Source: an uncultured bacterium
Lineage (GTDB): Bacteria > UBA8481
Length of the DNA: 48,048 bases
NCBI GenBank assembly: GCA_964499705.1
Contig: CAZCME010000002.1
Location: 434,001 to 482,048, forward strand
Reading direction: 5' to 3'
Numbering within the stretch: position 1 is the stretch's first letter; the number at the start of each line of letters is the position of its first letter. The translations under genes and the position numbers were made by a program. The notes under the pieces are model-generated. The model did no database searches. It was not told the DNA's origin and saw only the letters and a list, made by a program, of their open reading frames with translations. This document shows positions 28,451-38,598 of the stretch, piece by piece.

Positions 28451-29193
28451 CGTTCGCGCGCCGAATCGCGGGCGCCCTCATTCTCCTCGTCGTCTGGCAG
28501 GCGCTCTCCGGTTTCGGCCTTCTCAACGCCGCTCTCTTCCCCGCCCCTTCGGAAGTGATCGTCTCCCTCGCGCAGCTCTGCGGACCCCGCTCCATCGGCG
28601 CCGATCTCCTGGCGACCATCAACCGGCTCGTTCTGTCCATGCTCTGGGCCGCCTGCATCGCCATTCCCGCGGGCCTCGTGATGGGCGCCGTCGAACGCAT
28701 CGAGGAATACTGCGGCGGCATCGTGGACTTTTTCCGTTCTCTTCCCGCGACCGCGATGTTCCCGGTCTTTATGCTCTTCTTCGGCCTCGGCGAGACCGCG
28801 AAGATCGGCGTGACGGCTTTTTCCGCGGGCCTCGTGCTTCTCGTCGGCACCGCCCACGGCGTCCGCCAGATCCGGCCGCTCCGGCGGGAAGCCGCGGAAG
28901 CCTGCGGAGCCCGCAACGGGCGCCTCTTCTTCCACGTGATCCTTCCGGCGGCCGCCCCGGAAATCTCCATCGCGCTCCGCACCGCGGTCTCCATCGCGCT
29001 CATCATCGTCATCGTCACGGAAATGTTCGCGGGGACGTCCTCGGGACTGGGCTGGAGAATTTACGCGGCGCGCGAATCGTTCCGCGTGCCGGAACTGTAC
29101 GCGCTTCTCGTCATCACCGGATCCATCGGAGCCGCGATCTCGGGAATCCTGAAGCATCTGGAATCGCGTTTCATCCACTGGTCGGGGCAGTAA
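28447..29193 (+). CDS. ABC transporter permease (SsuC/TauC-like)
   Basis: FPAPSEV, FFRSLPATA, EAAEACGA (EAA motif), VILPAAAP, VTEMF. Confidence 0.9.
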   Translation: MTFARRIAGALILLVVWQALSGFGLLNAALFPAPSEVIVSLAQLCGPRSIGADLLATINRLVLSMLWAACIAIPAGLVMGAVERIEEYCGGIVDFFRSLPATAMFPVFMLFFGLGETAKIGVTAFSAGLVLLVGTAHGVRQIRPLRREAAEACGARNGRLFFHVILPAAAPEISIALRTAVSIALIIVIVTEMFAGTSSGLGWRIYAARESFRVPELYALLVITGSIGAAISGILKHLESRFIHWSGQ

Positions 29194-29228
29194 CAGGATC
29201 GACAGCAGGGCCCGTCAGAGGGTGAAGA

Positions 29229-31073
29229 TCAGAGAAGAATTTCCTTCACGATCTGCTTCACGGCGGCGGCCCCGATCGGCTTGCCGCAGCGGCGGTTGCT
29301 GACGCTTTTAAGGAACTTCTCGGCCAGGGGCGTCGTCAATCCTCCCGACAGGAAGACCATGCGCCTGGCCATATCCGGAGCCTCCGCTTCGAGCGCGGCG
29401 AAGACTTCCATCCCCGACATCTCCGGCATCATCAGGTCGCAGAAGATGATGTCGACGGCCGGCCGCCGCCGGAAATGCTTCATGGCGTCGCGGCCGTTGG
29501 AGAAGTAGAGAATCTCGTTCTCCTGCCCCAGGATGCTCCGGATCGTCGATCCGATCTCCGGATCGTCGTCCACGACGACGACATAGGCCTTGGTCCGCGG
29601 AGGAGCCGCCGCGGAAAGCTTCCGCGCCTGCTCCCCGGCCTTCAGATCCTCGGCGGGAAGCGAGACCACGAAGAGCGTGCCCTGCCCTTCCTCGCTCCTG
29701 ACCTCGATGACCCCGCCCAGGGAGACGATGATGTTCTGGCAGACGGACAGGCCCAGGCCGGAGCTTTTCCCGTGGCGGGACGCGGTGAAGAAAGGATCGA
29801 ACATGATCTCCCGTTCATGATCGGGAATCTCCGGCCCGTTGTCCGAAATGGCGACCTTGACCCACGATCCTTCGTGCCAGCTTTCGATCGAAATCCTGTT
29901 TCGATCCACGTTCTTCTTCTCGAAGGAATGGGCGGCATTGAGGAGCAACTGTTCGAAGACATGATCGAGTTCATCCTCCCTCGCCTGTACCGGCGGGAGC
30001 CCGCCGAGGCTGGTCACGACACGCGCGCAGTTGCGGATCTCCGCGCCGCAGCGCACGAGGACCCTGTCGATGACCGAGTTCACCTCCACGGGAAGCCGCG
30101 GCGCGCTCGTGTCGGAACCGAACGACTTCAATCCTTCGATGATCGACTTCATTTTTTCCGTCGCCGTCTCGATGGACGAAACGGTGGTCTTCATGTCCAC
30201 GCCGGCCGCCGGACCTTCGGCGGCGGAAGGCACGCGGGACATCTTCGCATCGAGCATCTTCAAGTCCGCGAGAATCGACCGCACCGGCGCCTCGACCTCC
30301 TGCAGTATTCCGGCCGCCATCCGCTTCAGGACATCCTGCTTGGCGGCCCTGCGGAGCTTTTCCTCCAGCTCGATCTCCTCCGTGATGTCGCGCGACACGA
30401 CGGCGGCGTGCGTGACCTTCCCGTTCTCGTCAAGATGCGGATAATAGGTCACTGTGAGATAGCGTCGGCCGAGGCCTGGAAATTCGATCCAGAGCTGGTA
30501 GCTGGTCTGCTGCCCGGCGAAGCATTTCTCCAGGTGCCCCTTGATGATCGTCCGGAAGACCTGCTCGCCCCAGACCTGCGAGACATTCTTCCCGATGAGC
30601 GCTTCCCGCCGCAATTTGTGCGCGGCGCAGTAGGATTCGTTGGCGGCTTCGTATTCATACCGGGCATTGATGAGCGTCATGAAATCGCGCGCGCTGTTGG
30701 CGATCAGCTCGAATCGGCGGCCGCCTTCCTCTTCCTGGGCCCGATGCGTCGCGTCCGCGATGTGCATGCGCACCCGCTCGCGATCGGGCACGATGTGAAT
30801 CCGCATATCGTGCACGCGCCCCAGGTTCCGGCTGATTTTCTCCAGCGGTTTCGACGGGTCCCTGCGGAGGCTTTCGAGAAGCTGCGGCCAATCAGCGAGA
30901 AGAAAATGCGCCTTCCCCTTGACCTGCAGATCCGGGAATTGCGCGCGCGCGGCGGGATTCATATAGGTGACGTCGCCCGCCACGCTCACCTCGATGATGG
31001 GATTCGGGTCCCGCTCGGAGATCTCAGCCAGCTGCCTGAGCGCCCCTTCCTGCCGTTCCCTCAATCCCGACAT
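29229..31073 (-). CDS. Two-PAS hybrid sensor kinase-like protein with a degenerate H box
   Basis: PAS domains; H box reads AAGILQEVEAP (His replaced); LLLNAAH, DNGPEI, FDPFFT, SSGLGL; receiver CDLMMPEMSG. GGAGG upstream of ATG 31073. Confidence 0.85.
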   Translation of the reverse strand: MSGLRERQEGALRQLAEISERDPNPIIEVSVAGDVTYMNPAARAQFPDLQVKGKAHFLLADWPQLLESLRRDPSKPLEKISRNLGRVHDMRIHIVPDRERVRMHIADATHRAQEEEGGRRFELIANSARDFMTLINARYEYEAANESYCAAHKLRREALIGKNVSQVWGEQVFRTIIKGHLEKCFAGQQTSYQLWIEFPGLGRRYLTVTYYPHLDENGKVTHAAVVSRDITEEIELEEKLRRAAKQDVLKRMAAGILQEVEAPVRSILADLKMLDAKMSRVPSAAEGPAAGVDMKTTVSSIETATEKMKSIIEGLKSFGSDTSAPRLPVEVNSVIDRVLVRCGAEIRNCARVVTSLGGLPPVQAREDELDHVFEQLLLNAAHSFEKKNVDRNRISIESWHEGSWVKVAISDNGPEIPDHEREIMFDPFFTASRHGKSSGLGLSVCQNIIVSLGGVIEVRSEEGQGTLFVVSLPAEDLKAGEQARKLSAAAPPRTKAYVVVVDDDPEIGSTIRSILGQENEILYFSNGRDAMKHFRRRPAVDIIFCDLMMPEMSGMEVFAALEAEAPDMARRMVFLSGGLTTPLAEKFLKSVSNRRCGKPIGAAAVKQIVKEILL

Positions 31074-31167
31074 GCGTGTCCCTCCGCATGACATGATAGG
31101 CGATTAATTCCCGCAGGGAAAGGCGCGCGATATGGTTTTCCCGGGCGACACCGTATAGGGTATCAGG

Positions 31168-33111
31168 ATGTTCCGATGCGCGCTTGCCGTCTCCGTCACT
31201 GGACTCCTGCATATCTCCTTCTTCGCTTATCACGGCCTCGCGCCCTCCTCTTTTCTCCTGCTGATCCTGGTTCAATTCGCGTTCTTCATTCTTCCCTTCT
31301 GGCCCCTGGCGAAATGGCTCGCGGGAGATTCACGGCCGGCCTTTTTCATCGTCCTCCCGATCGGCATCGTCGTCGGCACATGGCTCTTCTGGCTCGCCGC
31401 CTGGGTCCATGCGGAAATAATCCTCGACGCGATCCTCCTCGTTTCCTGTCTGCCGTCGCTCCTTCGAATTCCCGCGACATTTCGATCCGCTTCCATAACT
31501 CTCGCTGAAACGATCGCAATCTGCCTTCTCTCTTCCCTCCTTCTTCTTTCCTCCGTTCTTCCCACGATCGGTGACACCGTTCCTGCCCCGGACGGCGGCA
31601 TTCCGCTCCACACCGTCGATTCCATGCAATTTCTCGGTATCGTCAAGATGTGCCTCGACTCGCCGCGCCCCCCCATGCCCAACTTTTCCCGCGCTCCGAT
31701 CTCCTATCACTTCTTCATGCATTATCATCATGCCGTACTGGCGCGCATCACTGCGCTTCCGCCTGAAATACTATTCGGATACTGGCATCGCTATATCGCC
31801 GCTCTCAGCCTGTTGCTGGCTGTCCTCGGGCTCGCCTCGCGCTGGCTCGCTTCGCGCGCGCTCCATGCGGCGGCCGTCATCGCCGTCTTCGGCCCGCACG
31901 GGCTCCATACGGCCTGGTACTGGCTCCTGGAGTTCCTGGCGGGCCGTTTCTCCGTCGACTACTACTTCTATCCGATCTGGGGTATCCGCCAGTTTCTCAT
32001 CCCGTTTTCCTACGGTCAGGCGCTGCACACTTCCGTGATCGTCGTCTTCATGATTCTGCTCGGCGGTTCATCGAGCCGCTGGAAGAATATCGCGACCGGC
32101 CTTTTCCTGGCCCTCTCTTCCCTCTTCCACTTCGCCTCCATGCCGACCCTCCTCATCGCTCTCGCGGCACTTACCTTCATGCTCCGGCGGTCTCCTCAGT
32201 GCGGAAGGATCGCGACAATCGCTCTGGCCGCCGCTCTGCCTCTCGCGCTCATTCTCGGCAGCGGTCTTCTATCGAGCACGACCGGCAGGAGAATTGTGCC
32301 GCCGACCTGGGATTCCATGTCCGTACAGGCGAAATCGCTCGGCGTCATGGCCCGCTGGTTCGGAATCGAATTGATCGCATGGCTTGCTCTATTACGATGG
32401 AAAAAAAGCTGCGCGGAGGGCGATGCCGGCTGGTTGCTGACCTCCATTCTCCTGGCGCTCTGTCCGCTGATGGCGCTCACTTTCAACATCGAGAAGAGCG
32501 CGGAGGATTTTCTCGGCTTCATCGCGTTCGGCCAGTATCTCATGTCCCTTCCCTCACTCCTGATCCCTCTTGTCACACTCAGACTTCTGGCTGACGCATG
32601 GTCCCGGGGCTCGATCGGTCGCGGAGCGGTCCGACTTGCCGCGATCGTCTGGATGATTCAGCTTGCGGGCGGCATGCTGAACATGGCGGGAATGATCCGT
32701 GCGCGGCCGTATGCGGAATGCGTGCCGGAGGATATCGCGGAACCGCTGCGCATGCTGGAGCGCGAACGGGGATCGGGCGGAGTCGTCATGACCAATGCCA
32801 TCCTGTCGAGCCAGGAAACCGTGGCAGTCCGACTGCTCGTGCCGGCGGTGAGCGGAAAACCGATTCTCCTGGGAGCACCCAAGTTCTTCAACCTGGATTC
32901 CAGGCCAGGGTACAGGGAACTCCTCGATCTTCACAGGAAGGTTTTTTCAAGTCCTGATGCAGAGGACGTGATTTCGATCTGCCGGAACGAGGGCGCCGGG
33001 TATATCGTGGAGTTCTCCTCCGGACCCACGCTTCATGACAGCGTCTCCGCCGCTCTCGACCCGCCGCTCGCGGCGACGCCTCTCATCCGCATCTTTCGCC
33101 TGCCTCGCTGA
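31168..33111 (+). CDS. Large polytopic membrane protein, possibly a GT-C glycosyltransferase
   Basis: More than 12 hydrophobic segments; the loop PPMPNFSRAPISYHFFMH and the C-terminal soluble domain are typical of GT-C-like proteins. Confidence 0.55.
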   Translation: MFRCALAVSVTGLLHISFFAYHGLAPSSFLLLILVQFAFFILPFWPLAKWLAGDSRPAFFIVLPIGIVVGTWLFWLAAWVHAEIILDAILLVSCLPSLLRIPATFRSASITLAETIAICLLSSLLLLSSVLPTIGDTVPAPDGGIPLHTVDSMQFLGIVKMCLDSPRPPMPNFSRAPISYHFFMHYHHAVLARITALPPEILFGYWHRYIAALSLLLAVLGLASRWLASRALHAAAVIAVFGPHGLHTAWYWLLEFLAGRFSVDYYFYPIWGIRQFLIPFSYGQALHTSVIVVFMILLGGSSSRWKNIATGLFLALSSLFHFASMPTLLIALAALTFMLRRSPQCGRIATIALAAALPLALILGSGLLSSTTGRRIVPPTWDSMSVQAKSLGVMARWFGIELIAWLALLRWKKSCAEGDAGWLLTSILLALCPLMALTFNIEKSAEDFLGFIAFGQYLMSLPSLLIPLVTLRLLADAWSRGSIGRGAVRLAAIVWMIQLAGGMLNMAGMIRARPYAECVPEDIAEPLRMLERERGSGGVVMTNAILSSQETVAVRLLVPAVSGKPILLGAPKFFNLDSRPGYRELLDLHRKVFSSPDAEDVISICRNEGAGYIVEFSSGPTLHDSVSAALDPPLAATPLIRIFRLPR

Positions 33112-33165
33112 AATGGCCGCTCCCGGTCGTTGGCGGAAGCAGGAACATCAGGGTATCATCGCAAC

Positions 33166-34122
33166 ATGAAGATCACGATTTTCGCCGGGGGCGTGGGCGG
33201 ATCCAAGCTCGTGGAAGGATTCTCGCACGCGGTGAAACCGGACGACATCACCGTCATCGGCAACATGGGCGATGACGTGGATCTGCACGGCCTTCGCATC
33301 TGTCCCGATCTCGATATCGTGACCTATACGCTTGCCGGAATCGTCAATCCGGGAACGGGCTGGGGTATGGACGGGGACACATTTCACGTTCTCGATGCTC
33401 TGGAACGGCTGGGCCAGGATTCCTGGTTCCGGCTGGGCGACCGCGATCTCGCCACGCACATTTTCCGAACCAGCCTCATTCGGAACGGCGCGCGCCCCAC
33501 GGATGTCACTCGCCGGATCGCGGACATGCTCGGCGTTCACGCCCGCATCATTCCCCCCACGGACTCGAGCGTCCGCACCGAAATTCGCACGCCCGGCGGA
33601 TGGAAGTCCTTCCAGGAATATTTCGTGCGCGACAGATGCCGCGACGACGTTCTGGACGTGGAGTACAACGGGGCTTCTTCCGCGCGCGCGACACCCGAGG
33701 CCGAAGAAGCTATCCGGGATGCCGACCTCATCGTATTCGCGCCTTCCAATCCGATCGCCAGCATCGGCCCCATACTTTCGATTGCGGGAATCCGGGATAA
33801 GCTGAAAAAGACCCGGGCTTACAAGGTCGCCGTCTCCCCCCTCGTCGGCGGCCGATCCCTGAAAGGGCCTTCCGACCGCATGATGAAGGCGCTCGGCTTT
33901 CCCGCGACCGCGATCGGCGTCGCTCAGTATTACGTGGGAATCATCGACGTCCTCGTGATCGACGAGGAGGACGAGACACTTGCGGGAGCCATCCGTGAAA
34001 CGGGCTGCGATGCTCATGTTCTCCCTACCATCATGGCCTCCCGCGACGATAAAATCCGGCTGGCGGAGGAGATCCTGAAACTTTATGATGTTCCGCTCGA
34101 ACGTGGAGAACCAGTCCCATAA
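33166..34122 (+). CDS. cofD: 2-phospho-L-lactate/PEP transferase (F420 biosynthesis)
   Basis: GGVGGSK, NMGDD..HGLRICPDLD..YTLAG, WFRLGDRDLATH, FQEYFV, PSNPIASIGPIL, VSPLVGG..LKGPSDRMM. Confidence 0.95.
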   Translation: MKITIFAGGVGGSKLVEGFSHAVKPDDITVIGNMGDDVDLHGLRICPDLDIVTYTLAGIVNPGTGWGMDGDTFHVLDALERLGQDSWFRLGDRDLATHIFRTSLIRNGARPTDVTRRIADMLGVHARIIPPTDSSVRTEIRTPGGWKSFQEYFVRDRCRDDVLDVEYNGASSARATPEAEEAIRDADLIVFAPSNPIASIGPILSIAGIRDKLKKTRAYKVAVSPLVGGRSLKGPSDRMMKALGFPATAIGVAQYYVGIIDVLVIDEEDETLAGAIRETGCDAHVLPTIMASRDDKIRLAEEILKLYDVPLERGEPVP

Positions 34123-34816
34123 CGCAGGATCGCCGCCCGTGTCGCCGGAAGCCCGTTCCCCCCGCACGTGCATCGTCATTCCCTTCAAGGATCCGTCGCT
34201 CGCCAAGGAGCGCCTCTCCGAATTCCTCACATCCGAGCAGCGCCGGGAACTCGCGCTCACGCTCTTCGATTCCACGCTCGCATCCCTCTCCCCGTTTATC
34301 GGCCGCGCGGATCTCCTCGTGGTCACGAACTCTCCGATGATCGGTTTGCGCGCGGAGACGGCGGGCGCGCATGCGCTTGTGGAATCGAAATCCCGCGGCG
34401 AGACAGCCGCCATCGAGGAAGCGACGCGATGGTCGATCGCGCGAGGCTACGAGCGGCAGGTCGTCATCCCCGGAGACATGGCGCGCCTCGATCCTGCGGA
34501 TATCTCCGCACTCCTCGATTTCCGACTGGCTCCCCCTTCGGTCGTTCTTTCTCCCGCCGTCGGCGATGACGGCACCAACGCGATCATGACGTCGCCGCCG
34601 GACGCTCTGCCCTTCCGTTTCGGCAAGGCATCCTTTCCGGAATATCTGCTGCGCGCGGCGGAACTCGGTGTCCAGGCGCGCGTGCTGCGCCTGAAGAGCC
34701 TCGTCCTCGACATTGACACTCCGGAGGATCTGCGGCATTTCATGAAGGATCAGCTGGGCTCGCCTGCCCAGCGACTTTTGATGTCGTGGGGCATCGAGGA
34801 ACTCGTGACGGCATGA
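34085..34816 (+). CDS. cofC: 2-phospho-L-lactate/PEP guanylyltransferase (F420 biosynthesis)
   Basis: IPFK..AKERLS, PGDMARL, GTNA, FRFGKASF, LDIDTPEDL. Confidence 0.9.
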   Translation: MMFRSNVENQSHNAGSPPVSPEARSPRTCIVIPFKDPSLAKERLSEFLTSEQRRELALTLFDSTLASLSPFIGRADLLVVTNSPMIGLRAETAGAHALVESKSRGETAAIEEATRWSIARGYERQVVIPGDMARLDPADISALLDFRLAPPSVVLSPAVGDDGTNAIMTSPPDALPFRFGKASFPEYLLRAAELGVQARVLRLKSLVLDIDTPEDLRHFMKDQLGSPAQRLLMSWGIEELVTA

Positions 34817-35601
34817 GCGTCACCATGGCTTCGCGCGCGCTGTCGATCGACCCGATCGCGGGCCTGCCTGAATTTTCCGCCGGGATGAGCGTTCCGGCGA
34901 TCCTGGCGCGGCGCGTGCGGGAATCGGGCGGAACGATCGGGCAGGGCGACATCGTCGTCATCGCGCAGAAGATCGTGTCGAAGAGCGAAGGCAGGGTCGT
35001 TGTGCTTGCGGATGTCCTTCCGTCGGAGCGGGCGCTCGAGCTCGCCGCGCGGCTCGGAAAAAATCCCGCGAAGGTGGAGCTGATCCTGCGGGAATCCCGG
35101 AGGATTCTCGTCGCGGAATGGCCGGAGGGAAAACCGGAAGGCGTGCTGATCTGCGAGCATCGATGCGGATTCATCTGCGCGAACGCCGGAGTGGATGAAT
35201 CCAACGCGGGCGGAGAAGGCCTGGCCGTGCTGCTGCCGGAGAATCCCGATGGGAGCGCCGAGCGGATCCGCCGCGGCCTTGAGGAAGAATTCGAGCCGGG
35301 CATCGGCGTCATCATCGCGGACACGTTCGGCCGCCCCTGGAGGCTGGGGCTCGTGAACGTCGCGATCGGCGTTTCGGGAATGCCCGCCGCCGTGGATCTG
35401 CGCGGCTCGCGCGACGCGGACGGTCGGCTCCTGACTGGATCTGTGATCGCGCTGGCCGACGAAGTGGCCGCGGCTGCCGGACTGGCGATGGGAAAATCGG
35501 ACTCCCTGCCGGCCGTCATCGTCCGGGGAGTGCAGTGGACAGGCGCGACGGGCTGCGCACGAGAACTCATACGCCCGGAGAAAGAGGATTTATTCAGATG
35601 A
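34813..35601 (+). CDS. cofE: Coenzyme F420-0:L-glutamate ligase (short form, no nitroreductase domain)
   Basis: GDIVVIAQKIVSKSEGR, ANAGVDESN, LPENPDGSA, DTFGRPWRLG, ADEVAAAAGLAMGK, EDLFR. Confidence 0.95.
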   Translation: MSVTMASRALSIDPIAGLPEFSAGMSVPAILARRVRESGGTIGQGDIVVIAQKIVSKSEGRVVVLADVLPSERALELAARLGKNPAKVELILRESRRILVAEWPEGKPEGVLICEHRCGFICANAGVDESNAGGEGLAVLLPENPDGSAERIRRGLEEEFEPGIGVIIADTFGRPWRLGLVNVAIGVSGMPAAVDLRGSRDADGRLLTGSVIALADEVAAAAGLAMGKSDSLPAVIVRGVQWTGATGCARELIRPEKEDLFR

Positions 35602-36263
35602 AGATGGCCATCATCGGGGGCACAGGCCCCCAGGGCAAGGGTTTGGCGTTGCGATGGGCGAAGGCGGGAATCGAAGTGATCATGGGCTCCCGTCAGCTGG
35701 AAAAGGCCCAGGCCATTGCGGACGAATTGAACGCGCGGCTGGATGCGGCGTCACCGCGCATCGTCGGACTCGCCAACGCGGATGCCGCCGCCGCGGCCGA
35801 TGAATTCATCGTCCTGACCGTTCCCTTTTCCGGACACAAGGCGACGGTCACGAGCCTGAAGGACGCGCTGATGGGAAAGATCCTTGTCGACGTGGTCGTT
35901 CCCCTGGATGAAACGGATCCCAAGAAAATGGCGATGCCCGCGGAAGGATCCGCCGTGGAAGAGGCCCAGGCGATCCTGGGAAGCGGTGCAGCCGTCATCG
36001 GCGCGCTGCATAATGTATCCGCGCACATCCTCGATCACCTCGACATGCCCATCAACTGCGACGTCCTGGTCGTGGGTAATCCTCTGGAAGCGAGGGAGAA
36101 AGTGATGGCGCTTGTGGAGCGGCTGGGATGCCGGGCCTACAATGCGGGAGGTCCCGACAGTTCAAGAACCGTGGAGGGAATCACCGCGCTCTTGATCCGG
36201 TTGAACTCGTCGAAGAAGACCCCGTTCAAGCACGCTGGAGTGAGGATCTGGCCCGAGACATGA
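35598..36263 (+). CDS. npdG: NADPH-dependent F420 reductase (F420H2:NADP+ oxidoreductase)
   Basis: AIIGGTGPQGKGLALRW, GSR, GSAVEEAQ, ALHNVSA, CDVLVVG, VEGITALLI; last gene of the cof operon. Confidence 0.9.
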   Translation: MKMAIIGGTGPQGKGLALRWAKAGIEVIMGSRQLEKAQAIADELNARLDAASPRIVGLANADAAAAADEFIVLTVPFSGHKATVTSLKDALMGKILVDVVVPLDETDPKKMAMPAEGSAVEEAQAILGSGAAVIGALHNVSAHILDHLDMPINCDVLVVGNPLEAREKVMALVERLGCRAYNAGGPDSSRTVEGITALLIRLNSSKKTPFKHAGVRIWPET

Positions 36264-36303
36264 TCTGATCGGTAACAATATTTTCCACTATCGGAAAGAC
36301 ACT

Positions 36304-36347
36304 GATATAGTGCTTATCGCTGCAAATCAATCGTCATAAGGGAGATT
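36304..36347 (+). promoter_or_regulatory. Probable metK -10 element (TATAGT) and ribosome-binding site
   Basis: TATAGT preceded by TGA in the AT-rich spacer; AAGGGAGA just before ATG 36352. No S-box riboswitch-sized leader. Confidence 0.45.
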
Positions 36348-36351
36348 CACA

Positions 36352-37515
<1,164 letters not shown>

Positions 37516-37517
37516 CC

Positions 37518-37736
37518 ATGGCGAGCGCCCGCTTGAAGGCGCTCATCGCGGGACTCAAGGACGTGCTGGGAGAAGAGGAAACTCTGCATATGCTCTCGAA
37601 TGCCTTGCAGGCGGAGGAAGTGTCGGCCGCCTCGAGGAAGCACTCGCTGGAGGAAATCCGCGCCGCGCTTGAGGATGCCCGGGCGGCCGGCGCCGCGCGC
37701 TGGGCATGGGTGGCGAAGAGACTTTCCGGGGGATGA
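37518..37736 (+). CDS. Small helical hypothetical protein (72 aa), possibly DnaD-like
   Basis: ATG 2 nt after the metK stop; LEEIRAALEDARAAGAARWAWVAKRL weakly resembles the DnaD/DnaB_2 helix motif. Confidence 0.5.
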   Translation: MASARLKALIAGLKDVLGEEETLHMLSNALQAEEVSAASRKHSLEEIRAALEDARAAGAARWAWVAKRLSGG

Positions 37737-37790
37737 ATTGTGAAGCCTGAAGTACTTCATCCTTCATAATTCATCCTTCATCCTTCATAA
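37731..37790. repeat. 7-bp-period palindromic repeat: GGATGAA-like x3, GTAC, then TTCATCC/TTCATAA x5
   Basis: GGATGAA TTGTGAA GCCTGAA GTAC TTCATCC TTCATAA TTCATCC TTCATCC TTCATAA, read directly. Confidence 0.8.
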
Positions 37791-37797
37791 TCTTCGC

Positions 37798-38595
37798 ATG
37801 CGTCCCAAACCTCCCATCGAGAGTTTCCCTCAGCACATTGCTCCCGCAATCGAGCGGGTGATGAATCGCCCGCCTACAGACGAAGCCGGAGAACCGATTC
37901 TCTACTGCGGCAAGTGCCAGTACGGTTGGATCATCGAGGACGGCCGTGCGCGGCGCTGCCCCTGCAACGCGCGCCGCTCCGTGGGTATGCGGCAGGACAG
38001 AATCGAAGGGCTCCTCGCCCGCCACCGCGCGGGGCTCACGAAAAAGTTGTCGCGCGTGACGGCTCTTACTTTTCTTGTCCGGCCCGGCCACGAGCACATC
38101 AAGCGCGCCCTGGACGAGTACATCCGGGATCTCGAGCAGGGACGCCGTTATGGTTTTTTCATCTTCGGCAAGACCGGCGTCGGAAAATCGTATGCCGCCG
38201 CCTACGTCATCAACACGGTGAAATTCAAGCGCGTCATGACGGCGGCCATGATCAATTTCTCGCGAGTCCTCGGCGCCCTGCGCTCGACGTTCAAGGACGA
38301 GGATGAGCATAACGCGCTCCTGTCGGTTCTCTATGACACTCCCCTTCTCGCGATCGACGACCTGGGCATGGAACAGCGCGTCAGCGAGACGCCCGATCTC
38401 TCCTGGGCGGTCTCCAAGTTCTACGAAGTGATCGACTACCGCCGCGATAACGATCTGCCGACGATCATCACGTCCAACCGGACTCCCGATGAACTTGCCG
38501 AAAGACTCGGCGAGCCCATCATGACGCGCATCAAGAACCTGACGCTCCGCCTCGACATGAAACCGATCTCCGAAGAATCCGATTCCTGGAAGTAA
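37798..38595 (+). CDS. DnaC/DnaI/IstB-family AAA+ ATPase (helicase-loader-like) with N-terminal Zn motif
   Basis: CGKC..CPC, GKTGVGKS, LAIDDLG, YEVIDYR, PTIITSN, LGEPIMTRI. Confidence 0.85.
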   Translation: MRPKPPIESFPQHIAPAIERVMNRPPTDEAGEPILYCGKCQYGWIIEDGRARRCPCNARRSVGMRQDRIEGLLARHRAGLTKKLSRVTALTFLVRPGHEHIKRALDEYIRDLEQGRRYGFFIFGKTGVGKSYAAAYVINTVKFKRVMTAAMINFSRVLGALRSTFKDEDEHNALLSVLYDTPLLAIDDLGMEQRVSETPDLSWAVSKFYEVIDYRRDNDLPTIITSNRTPDELAERLGEPIMTRIKNLTLRLDMKPISEESDSWK

Positions 38596-38598
38596 CGC

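Noticed and set aside
36264-36351. SAM riboswitch upstream of metK
   Set aside because: The spacer is only 88 nt, AT-rich, holds the probable promoter and shows no convincing S-box fold.
37731-37790. Possible CRISPR array or frameshift site
   Set aside because: The units are 7 bp with no spacers and there are no cas genes; flanking ORFs are complete.
37798-38595. IS21 element (istB)
   Set aside because: No istA transposase or terminal repeats; the N-terminal Zn motif fits a DnaC/DnaI-type loader better.
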